A stretch of DNA of 64,000 nucleotides. Origin: an uncultured delta proteobacterium (lineage in GTDB: Bacteria; Myxococcota_A; UBA9160; PR03). The notes below the pieces were generated by a model. The model saw only the letters and a list, made by a program, of their open reading frames with translations, did not search any database and was not told where the DNA came from. A program made the translations under genes and the position numbers. Below, in pieces: positions 14,194 through 25,204 of the stretch. Positions within the stretch are counted from its first letter, which is position 1. Each line of letters opens with the position of its first letter. The DNA lies in contig CAWDFQ010000011.1 of NCBI GenBank assembly GCA_963801625.1, positions 18,147 to 82,146 on the forward strand, written 5' to 3'.

Positions 14194-15442
14194 ATGTCCG
14201 AAGAGAAACGCCGGGTGCTCGAGCTCGCCGAGCGATACGTGTGTCCCGGCCGCGTGCGCACCTTCCGGGCGCTCGGCGTCGACCTCGTGATCGGGCGGCG
14301 CGAGGGCTACCGCATCTGGGATCTCGACGGCCGCGAGCTGATCGACCTCCACCTGAACGGCGGCGTCTTCAACCTCGGCCATCGCAACCCCGAGCTGATC
14401 GCGACGCTCAAGGGTGCACTCGACACGCTCGACGTCGGCAACCACCACTTCCCGAGCGCCGCGCGCGCCGAACTCGGCGAGGCGCTGGCGCGGCTCACGC
14501 CCGGCGACCTGCAGTACTCGGTGTTCGCGAGCGGCGGCGGCGAGGCGATCGACCTCGCGCTCAAGACGGCGCGCCACGCGACGAAGCGACGCAAGATCGT
14601 CTCGATCGCGAAGGGCTACCACGGCCACACCGGCCTGGCGCTCGCGGCCGGCGACGAACGCTTCTCGCGCATGTTCCTCTCCGAGGGCCCGCCGGGCGAG
14701 TTCGTGCAGGTGCCGTGGAACGATCTCGACGCGATGGCGTCCGCGCTGTCCGGCGACGACGTGGCGGCCGTCGTGCTCGAGACGATTCCCGCGACGCTGG
14801 GCTTCCCGCTGCCGGCCCCCGGCTACCTGGCGCGCGTCAAGGCTCTGTGCAAGCAGCACGGCGCGCTCTACGTCGCCGACGAGGTGCAGACCGGCCTCGG
14901 TCGCACCGGCACGCTGTGGGCCGTCGAGCAGCACGACGTCGAGCCGGACATCCTCGTCACCGGCAAGGGTCTCTCGGGCGGGCTCTACCCGATCGCCGCG
15001 ACGGTGCTGTCGCGACGCGTCGCCGGCTGGCTCGACGAGGACGGCTGGGGCCACGTCTCGACCTTCGGCGGCGCCGAGGTCGGCTGTCGCGTGGCGCAGC
15101 GCGTGCTCGAGATCACGACGCGGCCCGCCGTCGATCGCGAACGTGAAGGAGGCGTCGCAGCATCTGGGCGACGGGCTCGAGGCGATCCGTCGCCGCCACC
15201 CCGAGTGGTTCGTCGAGATCCGCCGCGCGGGTCTGGTGATGGGGCTGCGCTTCGCGGATCCGCAGGGCGCGATGCGGATGACGCGCGCGCTCTACGAGTC
15301 GGGCCTGTGGGCGATGTTCGCCGCCTACGATCCGTCCGTGTTGCAGTTCAAGCCGGGCCTGCTCGTGGATGCGGCGCTCTGCGACGAGATGCTGGCGCGC
15401 TTCGAGGCCGGCGTGGAGCGCTGCCGGGCCTCGCTGGCTTGA
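14194..15442 (+). CDS. Class III PLP aminotransferase-fold enzyme (putrescine/acetylornithine-like), frameshift near 15135
   Basis: NLGHRNP, GYHGHT, ADEVQTGLGRTG, TGKGLSGG (PLP Lys), STFGG. Confidence 0.9.
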
Positions 15443-16418
15443 ACGAACCCGACGTCCTCGCGCGCTTCGAAGCGCAGCTCGATCCCGCGCGGCCCGAGGC
15501 CGCGCCGGGCGTGGCGATCATCGGCTACGGCGAAGTCTCGACGGTGTTTGCGCTGGCGGAGCTGCCGGGGCGCGTGTGCAAGCGCATGGCCGGCTTCCGC
15601 GACGGGGAGGCCGCCGCAGCACTACACCGGAGTCGTTCGGCGCTACCTCGAGTTCCTCGAAGCCGAGGGCGTCCGCGTCGTCGAGACCGCGATCGTGCCG
15701 CTCGAGCGGCGCGGCCGCACGCCGGTGGTCTACCTGGTCCAGCCACGACTCGCTGCGGAGGGGCTCGGCAACCATCTGCTCCGCTGCGCCGACGACGCCC
15801 GGCTGCGGGCCTGCCTCGACGCCGTCCTCGCGCCGCATCGGCCGGCTGCTGCGCTCCAACCGCGCGCGCCGCGATGGTCGCAGCGTAACCGTCGACGCGC
15901 AGCTCTCGAACTGGCATTTCGGAGCGGCCGAACGCGACGTCGGCGATCCCGTGCTGATCGACATGGGCACGCCGTTCATGCGCAAGGACGGCGCCGACGA
16001 GATCGGTGTCGAGTTGTTCCTGGCGCCGGTGCCGCCCGGCGTCCGCGCGTTCTACCGGCGCGCGCGCGCCGTCGAGCGCTACCTCGATGCCTTCTTCGAC
16101 GCCCGCAGCCTGCTCGTGGACGCGGTCGCCAACTTCCACAAGGAGGGGCGGCCCGACCGCATTGGGTTGGCGCTCGAGCGCGTGAACCGCTGGCTCGCGG
16201 AAGACGTGCCCGATCTCTGCGCTCGCCCGATCCGGGCGGAAGACGTGGATCGCTACTACCGGAGCGACGCGAAGACGCTCGAACTCTACCTGCGCGCGCG
16301 GCGTCTCGATCGCTTCGTGCGCACACGACTGCTGCGCCAGCGCTACGACTTCATCCTGCCCGGTGCGATCCGCCGCTCGACGCCGCGTGCTGGCGGCGGT
16401 TCACGAACCAGTAGATGA
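15439..16418 (+). CDS. Kinase-like hypothetical protein (resembles DUF6206), frameshifts near 15615 and 15835
   Basis: GYGEVSTV Gly-rich loop, VCKRM lysine, DAQLSNW catalytic-loop-like, LIDMGTP DFG-like; TTG start overlaps the aminotransferase stop. Confidence 0.6.
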
Positions 16419-17263
16419 CCGCAAAGCTCACCAGCAGCGTGGTGCCGAGCGCCGCGCCGAAGGGCCAGTTGCGGGCGTTCCCCTTGAACTGGTTCTCGAT
16501 GATGTTGCCGATCATGTCGACGCGACCGCCGCCGAGGATGTCGTTCACCGCGTAGATGCCGAGCGACGGCACGAAGACGAGCAATACGCCCGCTGCGATG
16601 CCCGGCGCCGTGAGCGGAACGATCACGCGCGAGAACGCGCGAACGGGTCCGGCACCGAGGTCGAGCGCAGCCTCGACGAGCGCGCCATCGAGCTTTTCGA
16701 CGCTCGAGTAGATCGGCAGGATCATGAATGGCAGGAATGTGTAGACGAGGCCGAGCACGACGGCGCCGGGCGTGTAGAGCATCTCGAACGGCTCGCCGAT
16801 CAACTGCAGTTGCAGCGCAATCGAGTTCAGCAGCCCCTGGCTCTTCAGGATCGTCACCCAGGCATAGGTGCGGATCAGGAAGCTGGTCCAGAACGGCACC
16901 ATCACCGCCATCAGCAGCGCGTTGCGGAGCTTCTCGTCGGAGCGCCCGATCAGGTAGGCGACCGGGTATCCCATCGCGAGGCAGAGGAGCGTGGTGATCG
17001 TCGCGTAGCCGATCGAGCGGATCACGATCTGCATGTACACGGGGTCGAGCACGCCCGCGTAGTTCTCGAGCGTGAAGCCGATCACCACCCCGCCGAGCGT
17101 TCCGCGGTGGGCGAAGCTGTAGACCAGCATGATCGCCGCGGGCGCCACCACGAAGGCGAACGCCCACGCGATCAGCGGCGACAGCAGCAGCCAGCCGATC
17201 CGGCCGGGCTCCCGCCGCGAGCCGCCGCCCGCCTCGGTCGATGACGGTGGTCGTGACCGCCAC
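16351..17263 (-). CDS. potB: Polyamine ABC permease PotB (frameshift near 5' end)
   Basis: PFWTSFLIRTYAW, EAALDLGA, NWPFGAAL. Confidence 0.9.
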
Positions 17264-18313
17264 CTACGGACCGCTCTTCGCCTTCAGGTCGGTGACGAGC
17301 TTGTCGACGTCCGCCGCGAGCGGGCCGATGTCACGGAACGTCGAGAGCTTCGGATTGCCGGGCGGGTAGCTCGCGGCGTTGGCGCGCTCCTCGGGCGTCA
17401 GCAGCTTGCGCGCCTCGATGTTCGGATTCGTGTACGGGAACTCCTCCGAGATCTTGCGGCTCACTTCCGGGCGCAGGATGTAGTCGATGAACTTGTGCGC
17501 GGCCTCGACGTGCGGGGCGCCCTTCGGGATCGCCATGTTGTCGATGAACATGTGCGCGCCTTCCTTCGGCAGCACGTACGCGAACTTCCCCGGCTGTTCC
17601 TTGATCAGGATCGCGGCCTCGCCCGACCACACCACGCCGAGATCGACGTCGCCGTTGAGCAGCGGCGTCTTCGGGCTGTCCGAGTCGTAGACCTTCACGA
17701 GCGGCAGCCACGTCGCGAGGATCGGGCGCACCTTCTCGAGGTTCTCCTTCGTGACGCCGTCGGGCCCGATGCCCTGCGTGGCGAGTCCCCACGTCACGAT
17801 CTCGAGCGAGTCGTCGAGGATCACGATGCGGCCCTTGTGCTTGTCCTGGAACACGTCGCCGAAGCCGGTCACGGGATCCTTCACCTTCTCGGTGTTGATG
17901 ACGATGCCGACCGTCCCCTGCATGTAGGGCACGCTGTACTTGAGTTCGGGATCGTGCGGCTGGTCCCAGTACTCCTTCCCGATGTTCTTCAGGTTCGGGA
18001 GCTTGGCGTGGTCGAGCGGGATCGAGCTGGTTCTCCTTCACGAGCGCCTCGATCACGTACTCGGAGGGCTGGATCAGGTCGTAGCTCGCCGCGCCCGACA
18101 TCAACTTCGCGAGCATCTCTTCGTTGGACGCGTAGCTCTCGTAGTTGACCTGGATCCCCGTCTCCTTGGTGAAGCCGTCGAGCACGGACTGCGGCACGTA
18201 CTCCGACCAGGCGAACAGGTTGAGCTCCTCGGCGGCGACTGCCGGGCATCGGCGCGACCAGACCCAACGCCAGCGCGAGAGCCACGAGCATGCGAGTTGC
18301 CGAAGCGAATCAT
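17264..18313 (-). CDS. potD: Spermidine/putrescine ABC substrate-binding protein (frameshifts)
   Basis: LNLFAWSEY, FTKETGIQVNY, SNEEM, WSGEA, PKEGAHMFIDNMAIP. Confidence 0.9.
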
Positions 18314-18330
18314 GAGTTCTCCTCCCGATT

Positions 18331-19107
18331 TCATGGATTGCGACGCCGTACCACTTCGGTGATGAGCAGCTGCGACCACGGTCAACGACGATGAACACCG
18401 TCGAGATCGCATTGAGCGACGGGTCGAGTCCCTTCTTCACGCGCCCGAAGATCTCGAGCGGCAGCGTCCGCGTGCCCGCGCTGGCCGTGAAGTAGGTGAC
18501 GATCAGTTCGTCGAGCGAGAGCGTGAACGACATCAGCCCGCCCGAGACGATCGCGGGCATCAGGTAGGGCACCAGCACCTTCGTGAAGGCCTGCAGCGGC
18601 GTCGCGCCGAGATCGAGCGCCGCTTCCTCGAGGGCGGGATCGAGTCCGGCGAGGCGGGCCTGGACGGAGGCCATCACGAACGGGAAGCAGAAGGTCACGT
18701 GCGAGATCACGATCGTCGTGTAGCCGAGCTGGAGCCCGATCGTCACGAACAGGATCAGCAGGCTCACGCCGAGGATCACTTCCGGGACGATCATCGGAAG
18801 GAACGCGAGCGTCTCGAGCACCGAAGCCGCCCGGTAGCGGTAGCGATACAGCAGCCAGGCCCCGGCGGTTCCGAGCACGAGGGAGATCAGCGTGGTGAAG
18901 ACCGCGACGATCAGGCTGTTCTGCGAGCGCGCGGACCAGCACCGTGTCGCGCCAGAGCGAGCCGTACCAATCGAGCGTGAAGCCGGTCCACACGATGTTG
19001 AGCTTCGATTGGTTGAAGGAGAACAGCACGAGCACGGCGATCGGGAGATAGAAGAAGAGCAGCACGAATCCCGTCCAGACGCCGAGCAGCCGCGTGACGA
19101 GTTTCAT
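18331..19107 (-). CDS. potC: Polyamine ABC permease PotC (frameshifts)
   Basis: YLPIAVLVLFSFN, FTLDWY, EEAALDLGA, FTLSLDE, TLPLEIF. Confidence 0.9.
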
Positions 19108-19134
19108 CGTCGCGGTCCCGCGTCGACGCGGCGC

Positions 19135-20056
19135 CTAGCGGTATACGCTCTGCGCCGCATCGAATGTCCCCACGTGCACGTCCACCACCTTCGAAACGTC
19201 GGGCGTGTAGCCGCCCGCGAGCACCCAGGCGAGCGGCAGCCCCTCCCTCCGCGCCCAGGCGAAGACGAAGCGGTCGCGCTCGCGAAGATCGTCGTGGTCG
19301 AGGTCGAGCGGCGAGTAGGGATCTTCGCGGTACGGGTCGGCGCCGGCCTGGTAGAGCACGAGGTCCGGTCGGCCGACTGCGAGAAGTGTCGGCGATGCCG
19401 CGCTCGAGCGCCGCGAGCAGCACCGCGCGACCGCTGCCGTTCGGCAGCGCGAACGAAACGTGGTTCGGGCCGTCGACGTGCCGCACGGTCTCGACGTCGC
19501 GGTACGGCTTGTTCTGCCAGTAGTCGTTGCCGTAGATCGAGCAGTTGGCGAGCCACGGCCGCGTGGCGCACAGCGACGCGGTGCCGTTGCCGTAGTGCAG
19601 GTCGAGGTCGAGCACCGCGACGCGATCGACGCGGCCCGCCGCGCGCAGCGCTTCGGCCGCCACGACGAGTCCGTTGAAGGTGCAGAATCCTTCGCCGTGG
19701 TCTGCGTGCGAGTGGTGGAAGCCGCTCGCGAGCGCCGCGGCGACGCCGTCGTCGAGCGCGCGCGTCGCCGCGGCCAGCGCAGCGCCGTTCGTCAGCAGCA
19801 CCGAGGGCCACAGCGCGGGCGACCACGGGAACTTCTGCGACTCGGCGAGCGCACGCGGCTCGCCGCTACGGACCGCCTCGACGTACGCGAAACTGTGGAC
19901 GCGAAGCAGGTCGGCGACCGCGACCGGCGACGGCGCCTCGACGCGGACGCCGGCGCGACCCGCGAGCGCGTCGGCGACCAGCTGGAACTTCCGCATCGGC
20001 ATCACGTGGTCGCCGATCGGCGCCGCGAAGCCCGGGTCGTGGTAGGCCGTGATCAC
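19135..20056 (-). CDS. Histone deacetylase family Zn-dependent amidohydrolase (frameshift near 19390)
   Basis: SGFHHS, GFCTFN, DLDLHYGNGT, GADPY, AGGY motifs. Confidence 0.9.
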
Positions 20057-20938
20057 GCGGTGGGAGGTAGCAGCCGGAACGGGGCCGGGCGACCCGTCCA
20101 CACCGCTGCCGCTGCGCGCAACGGCTCGAGTGCCGCGGCGGGCACGTGCACGCCGTACACCGCGTAGATCGCGTCGACCACCGCGCGGAGTTCCGACGCG
20201 GGCATCGTGGTCTCGGACTCGCGACCGACCCGGCGCACGACGAGTCCCAGAGAAACCGGCCGCGGCGCATCGCCCGCCAGCAGCTCGGGCGGGCGGAAGT
20301 CGGGCTGGGCGTACGGAGCGGCCGCAGGATCGACCAGCCGGAAACCTGCGCGCTCGTACGAGCGCAAGCCGCGCCATGCGCGCCTCGTGACTTGCAGGGC
20401 CATCCACTTCGGATCTTCCCGGCTCGACCGCGTCGCGCATCTCCATCTCCGCGACGAGTACGACGGGCGCGTCCAGCGCGCAGCGCGCCGCGGCTGCGCA
20501 GCGTCGCGCGGTCTGCAGCGGCAGCGAGCGCAACCAGGCGACCAGTCCCGTGCCGCGCTGCGCGGGCTCGACGAGCGCGTGCGACAGGTGCACCACGATG
20601 GGTCCCGCGAGCGCCCTGCCATCAGCGCCCAACCGCACGACCGCCGTGTGGTCGCGGATCGCCGCGACGCCACCGCTGCGCCGCAGCACGAGCAGCTCGT
20701 AGGCCAACGCGGCCGCGCCGATCGGCTGCGCGGGGTCCCACGCGAGCCGCTCGCGGATCACCGCGCGCCGCTCCATCTCGCCGAGTGCGCCGAACTCGCC
20801 CCACAGCCGCTCGTAGGCCGGAGCGAAGTCGGGGTCGTCGGGTCCGATGACCCGCCGCACGCGCAGGTCGGACCAGTCGGACGCGCCTACCAAGCGGTCG
20901 CCCGGAGCGAGATCTTCGGTGATCAGTGTGAGATCCAT
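20053..20938 (-). CDS. Hypothetical GNAT-like protein (paralog of 24026..25204), frameshift near 20365
   Basis: HLSHALVEPAQRGTG acyl-CoA motif-A-like, YERAGF motif-B-like, PYAQPDFR. Confidence 0.6.
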
Positions 20939-21014
20939 TCCCAGACATCCCTAGCAATCCACCCCGCGCGTTGCTCGCTGGCGACTTCGCGCGAGCCGTG
21001 CTGTAGTCGCTCCC

Positions 21015-22352
21015 ATGAGCGTTTTCGACGTGACCGCGCTGCGTCGACTCGACCAGGCGCACCTGCTGCATCCCTTCACCGATCACCGCGCGATGCACCA
21101 GGGCGGCACCCATCTGATCCGCTCGGCGAAGGGCTCGACTGTGATCGACGAGACGGGCCGCGAGCTGATCGACGGGCTGGCCGGCCTGTGGTGCGTGAAC
21201 GTCGGCTACGGGCGCGACGAGATCGCCAATGCGGTGGCCGAGCAGATGCGCGCCGTCGCGTTCTATCCGTCGTTCTTCAACACCACCACCGAGCCGACGA
21301 TCCGGCTGTCGGCGAAGCTCGCCGAGCACGCGCCGCCGAACCTCCAGCACACCCTCTTCAGCAACTCGGGCTCGGAGGCGAACGAAACCGCGCTGAAGCT
21401 GATCCGCGCCTATTGGAAGCTGCGCGGCAAGCGCGAGAAGACGAAGCTGCTGTCACGCACCTTCGCGTATCACGGCGTGAGCATCGCGACCACGAGCCTG
21501 ACGGGCCTTGCGTCCTGCACCGAACCCTTCGACCTGCCGCTGCCCGGATTCCTGTACGTGCCGGGTCCGTATTCGTACGGGAGCGGCAAGAGTCCCGAGG
21601 AGTACGGCGCCTGGTGTCTAGCCGAGACCGAGCGCACGATCGAGCGCGAGGGCGCGGGCACGATCGCGGCGATCTTCGTCGAACCGGTGCAGGGGGCCGG
21701 CGGCGTGATCGTGCCGCCCGCCGGCTACTTGTCGGCGCTCCGCGAGCTGTGTCGCCGCAACGAGATCCTGTTCGTCGCGGATGAAGTGATCACCGGCTTC
21801 GGGCGGCTCGGCGCGTGGTTCGCGTCGGTGCTGTGGAATCTCGAGCCGGACCTGATGACCACCGCGAAGGGCATCACCAGCGGCTACCTGCCGCTCGGCG
21901 CCACGATGGTGAGTCGGGAGATCGCCACGATCTTCGAGTCCAGTGGCTACCTCGCGCATGGCTTCACCTACACGGGCCACCCGACCACCTGCGCCGCCGC
22001 GCTCGCGAATCTCGCCATCATCGAGCGCGAGGGTCTCGTCGAGCGCGTGCGCGACGACGTCGGTCCGCGCTTCCAGGCGGCGCTGCGCAAGCTCGCAGAT
22101 CACCCGCTCGTCGCGGAGGTGCGCGGCTTCGGACTGATCGGGGCGCTCGAGCTCCGCGCCCCGCGCAGCGGGCCCAACGCCGGCGCCGCGCCGAACACGC
22201 TCGGGGGCGCCGTCCACGGCTTGGCGCGCGAAGAGGGCGTGATCGTGCGCGGGATCCGCGATCTGGTCGCGCTCGCGCCGCCCCTCGTCGTGACGCACGA
22301 CGAACTCGACCGCCTCTTCGCCGCCCTCACGCGCGCGCTCGACCGGCTGTAG
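21015..22352 (+). CDS. Class III aminotransferase, SpuC-like putrescine/omega-amine:pyruvate transaminase
   Basis: LHPFT, GLWCVNVGYG, SGSEANET, YHG, DEVITGFGRLG, TAKGITSGY, HGFTYTGHP. Confidence 0.9.
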   Translation: MSVFDVTALRRLDQAHLLHPFTDHRAMHQGGTHLIRSAKGSTVIDETGRELIDGLAGLWCVNVGYGRDEIANAVAEQMRAVAFYPSFFNTTTEPTIRLSAKLAEHAPPNLQHTLFSNSGSEANETALKLIRAYWKLRGKREKTKLLSRTFAYHGVSIATTSLTGLASCTEPFDLPLPGFLYVPGPYSYGSGKSPEEYGAWCLAETERTIEREGAGTIAAIFVEPVQGAGGVIVPPAGYLSALRELCRRNEILFVADEVITGFGRLGAWFASVLWNLEPDLMTTAKGITSGYLPLGATMVSREIATIFESSGYLAHGFTYTGHPTTCAAALANLAIIEREGLVERVRDDVGPRFQAALRKLADHPLVAEVRGFGLIGALELRAPRSGPNAGAAPNTLGGAVHGLAREEGVIVRGIRDLVALAPPLVVTHDELDRLFAALTRALDRL

Positions 22353-22416
22353 GAGCCTGACTCGTCGAGGGCTGTCGAGCCTGGGCCCGATGCGCGCCCC
22401 TCCGTTCCGGCTCTGG

Positions 22417-22590
22417 ATCGTTGCTGTGAGGCGCGCGGGCGGTGGACCCGTCCGAAACGTCCTCGGCGGACGGGCGCCAGCGGCTTCACGGCGAAACTTG
22501 GCAGGCGGCCTCGAAGCGCCGACGCGAAGCCGCGACGCCTGTCCGCCGAGGACGTTTCGGACGAACGTCACGCCCCCGCGCTCCACGCGT
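22417..22590. repeat. Palindromic intergenic element, copy 1
   Basis: Perfect 23-bp inverted repeat 22449-22471 / 22541-22563; both ends match 43494-43797 in reverse orientation; lies between convergent genes. Confidence 0.85.
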
Positions 22591-22635
22591 CGGCTTCCGA
22601 TCCGACGGGATCCATCTTGGTCAGTCTCCCACCCG

Positions 22636-23967
22636 CTAACCCTGCTTGCGGGGCGAGCGGCCCGTCAAGCGCGTGTAGGCCTGATAGCCGAGCCAGCGGA
22701 GCGGCTCGGGCGGCAGCGGCAGCAGGCGCTTCTGGTAGAACGGAAGGTCGCGCCAGGCCTCGTGGTTGCCGTCGTAGAGATCGGCGAGGACGCGTCCGGC
22801 GAGCAACGCGAGTGCGACACCGTGTCCGCTGTAGCCGAGCGCATGATAGACGTTGCGATGCGCGCCACCGACGCCCATCGAGCAGATCCGGTCGAACGTG
22901 ATGGCGAGCAGGCCGGCCCAGCGATGCGCGATCGGCGTTCGGGCGAGCGCCGGGAAGTAGCGCGCCAGGGCGCGCTGCATGAAACGCGAGGCAGTGTCGC
23001 CCGCCCGCACGTCGATCGCGGCCGCGCCCCCGAACCGGTATGTGTAGGCGGGATTCCCGCCGCCGCCAAAGAGCAGTCTCCCGCCTGGGGTGCGGCAGGC
23101 GTAGGCGATGCGGTCCAGGTCGTCGGTGAAGCCGTCCCAACTGCCCCAGCCGATGCTCGACCACTGCTCGTCGGCGAGCGGTGCGGTGGCGAGCACGTGC
23201 GAGTGGAGTGGCAGGATCTCGCGGCGGAAGAAGCCGAGCGCGGGCGTATCGGCGTTGGTCGCCAGCACGATCGCGCGCGCGCGAACCTCGCCGCCCGGCG
23301 TCTCGACCACCACCTCCGCGCCCGGCCACACGCGCCGAGCGGGTGTGTCTTCGTAGAGCATCACGCCGGCGGCTTGCAGCACCGGCCGCATCGACTGCAG
23401 CAGTGCGAAGCCGTTGAGGCGCCCGGCCAGCGGATCGAGGATCGCCCCGCGCGCTCGCTCGATCGCGAGCGCGCGCGCCGGGAGGAACTCGGCGGCGATC
23501 CCGGCGCGCTGCAACGCTTCCACGTTGGCATGCGCCTGCTCGGCCCGCTGCGGATCGGTGTAGACCTCGAGACAGCCCTGACGCCGGAACGTTCCCGGCG
23601 GCGCATAGCGCCCGGCGAGCTGCTCCGCGAGGTCGATGCCGAGCTGTGTCACGGCATGGATGCGCTGCAGGGCCTCCGGCGTCTCCGCCGAGACACCGTT
23701 GATCCAGTGCAGGACCTGGCCGCCATTGCGACCACTTGCGCCGTGGCCCAGCACGCGGGCTTCGAGCAAGGCGATTCGCAGCTCGGGATGGCGCTGGCGC
23801 AAGTGCCATGCAGTCGAGACGCCGGTGAAGCCACCGCCGATGATGGCGATGTCTGCGGAGAGCCGTGACGCTAATCTCGGGGTCGGCCGCGGAGCCTCGC
23901 TCTCCGCGACCCAAACACTCTGCGTGATCCCCAAGGCCTGGTGCCGGTCGAGCCGCTGATCCGTCAT
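22636..23967 (-). CDS. FAD-dependent amine oxidoreductase (PuuB/DadA family)
   Basis: IIGGGFTG, GASGRNGG, LATNA, GYSGHGV. Confidence 0.88.
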   Translation of the reverse strand: MTDQRLDRHQALGITQSVWVAESEAPRPTPRLASRLSADIAIIGGGFTGVSTAWHLRQRHPELRIALLEARVLGHGASGRNGGQVLHWINGVSAETPEALQRIHAVTQLGIDLAEQLAGRYAPPGTFRRQGCLEVYTDPQRAEQAHANVEALQRAGIAAEFLPARALAIERARGAILDPLAGRLNGFALLQSMRPVLQAAGVMLYEDTPARRVWPGAEVVVETPGGEVRARAIVLATNADTPALGFFRREILPLHSHVLATAPLADEQWSSIGWGSWDGFTDDLDRIAYACRTPGGRLLFGGGGNPAYTYRFGGAAAIDVRAGDTASRFMQRALARYFPALARTPIAHRWAGLLAITFDRICSMGVGGAHRNVYHALGYSGHGVALALLAGRVLADLYDGNHEAWRDLPFYQKRLLPLPPEPLRWLGYQAYTRLTGRSPRKQG

Positions 23968-24025
23968 GTCTCCGGCCGCTCCGGTACTCGGCTCTACGGG
24001 CTTCGCGCTCGGAGTCGAGGTTTCC

Positions 24026-25204
24026 ATGCCGCTCGGCACCCACGTCCGCCTCTGCTTGAAAGATCTCTACGCGCAGGACGTCGTCGAGATGATCGAACGC
24101 GAGACCCGAAGATACGACGTCGAAGCGATCGAGCACCCCGACCATCCCGATTTCAAGCAAGCCTTCGAGATTCTCTGGGGCGCGTTCGGCGCGGCGGGTG
24201 AGATGGAGCCCGAGTCGGTGATCCGGAAGATGCTGCTCGACGACGCGACGATCCCGCTCTCGTCCGGCACCTACGCCCGTTATTTCCTGCTCGTCGCGCG
24301 CGACCGCGCCAGCGGCCAGATCCGCGGCGTTCGCGACGGTCGCGTGCTGGTGAATCCGGCCTACAGCCCGGATCTGTGCCTGGTCTATCTGTCGCACATC
24401 TTCATGCTGCCCGAGGCGCGCGGGACGGTGCTCACCTACTGGCTCCGCATCGCGCCCCTCGACCTCGCGGTGAGCTATCTCCACTTGCTTCACCAACGCG
24501 GCGCCATCGCGCTGCCCGACGCGAACGCTCCGGGCCGCTACTTCGGTATGCGCGTCGACCTCGCGGCCGAAGTCGAGTTCTTCAGCCCCGACGACAAGCT
24601 CTCGCTCCAGCGCATCTTGTTCTACGGAAGGGGTGGTTTCGACGTCATCGATCCCCGACACTTCCCCTACCGGCAGCCGGACTTCCGGGATCCCGAACTG
24701 ATCGCGCAATCCGGTGACCGGCCGGTTCCGTTCATGCTGCTGCTGCGACGCGTCGGTCGCGAGCGAGAAGCGCGACTTCCGATCGGCGAGGCGAAAGCGG
24801 TGATGCAGCTTCTCTACGACGACTTCGCCGTCTTCTGCGAGCCGAAGAACCTGGTCAGCAGCCTCGACGTGGTGCTGAGCCGGCTCGAGGAGCGCCGTGC
24901 GAGCGGCAAGGAAGACGTGGCGCTGCTGCCGCTTCCGACCGGCGCGCACGATCTCAAGCGGCTCCGGCCGCTGTTCCGCTACGACGTCTACCGCCGTCAC
25001 TACGGCGCGTCGCTGGCGACGGACGCGTATCTCCGGAGCGGCATCGCCGAGACGCTGGCCGCGAACCCGCACTGGCTCGATGAGAGGCTCGCCGAGATTG
25101 CTGCGGACCTGGCGAAGACCCCGCGCTGGGTCTATGCGAGCCGCGACAAGGGCTTCGACCCCGAGGCGCCAGCCGCGTCGACTGGCGATGGGGGCACGGT
25201 TTGA
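24026..25204 (+). CDS. Hypothetical GNAT-like protein (paralog of 20053..20938)
   Basis: YLSHIFMLPEARGT, FYGRGGF, PYRQPDFR; intact ORF. Confidence 0.6.
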   Translation: MPLGTHVRLCLKDLYAQDVVEMIERETRRYDVEAIEHPDHPDFKQAFEILWGAFGAAGEMEPESVIRKMLLDDATIPLSSGTYARYFLLVARDRASGQIRGVRDGRVLVNPAYSPDLCLVYLSHIFMLPEARGTVLTYWLRIAPLDLAVSYLHLLHQRGAIALPDANAPGRYFGMRVDLAAEVEFFSPDDKLSLQRILFYGRGGFDVIDPRHFPYRQPDFRDPELIAQSGDRPVPFMLLLRRVGREREARLPIGEAKAVMQLLYDDFAVFCEPKNLVSSLDVVLSRLEERRASGKEDVALLPLPTGAHDLKRLRPLFRYDVYRRHYGASLATDAYLRSGIAETLAANPHWLDERLAEIAADLAKTPRWVYASRDKGFDPEAPAASTGDGGTV

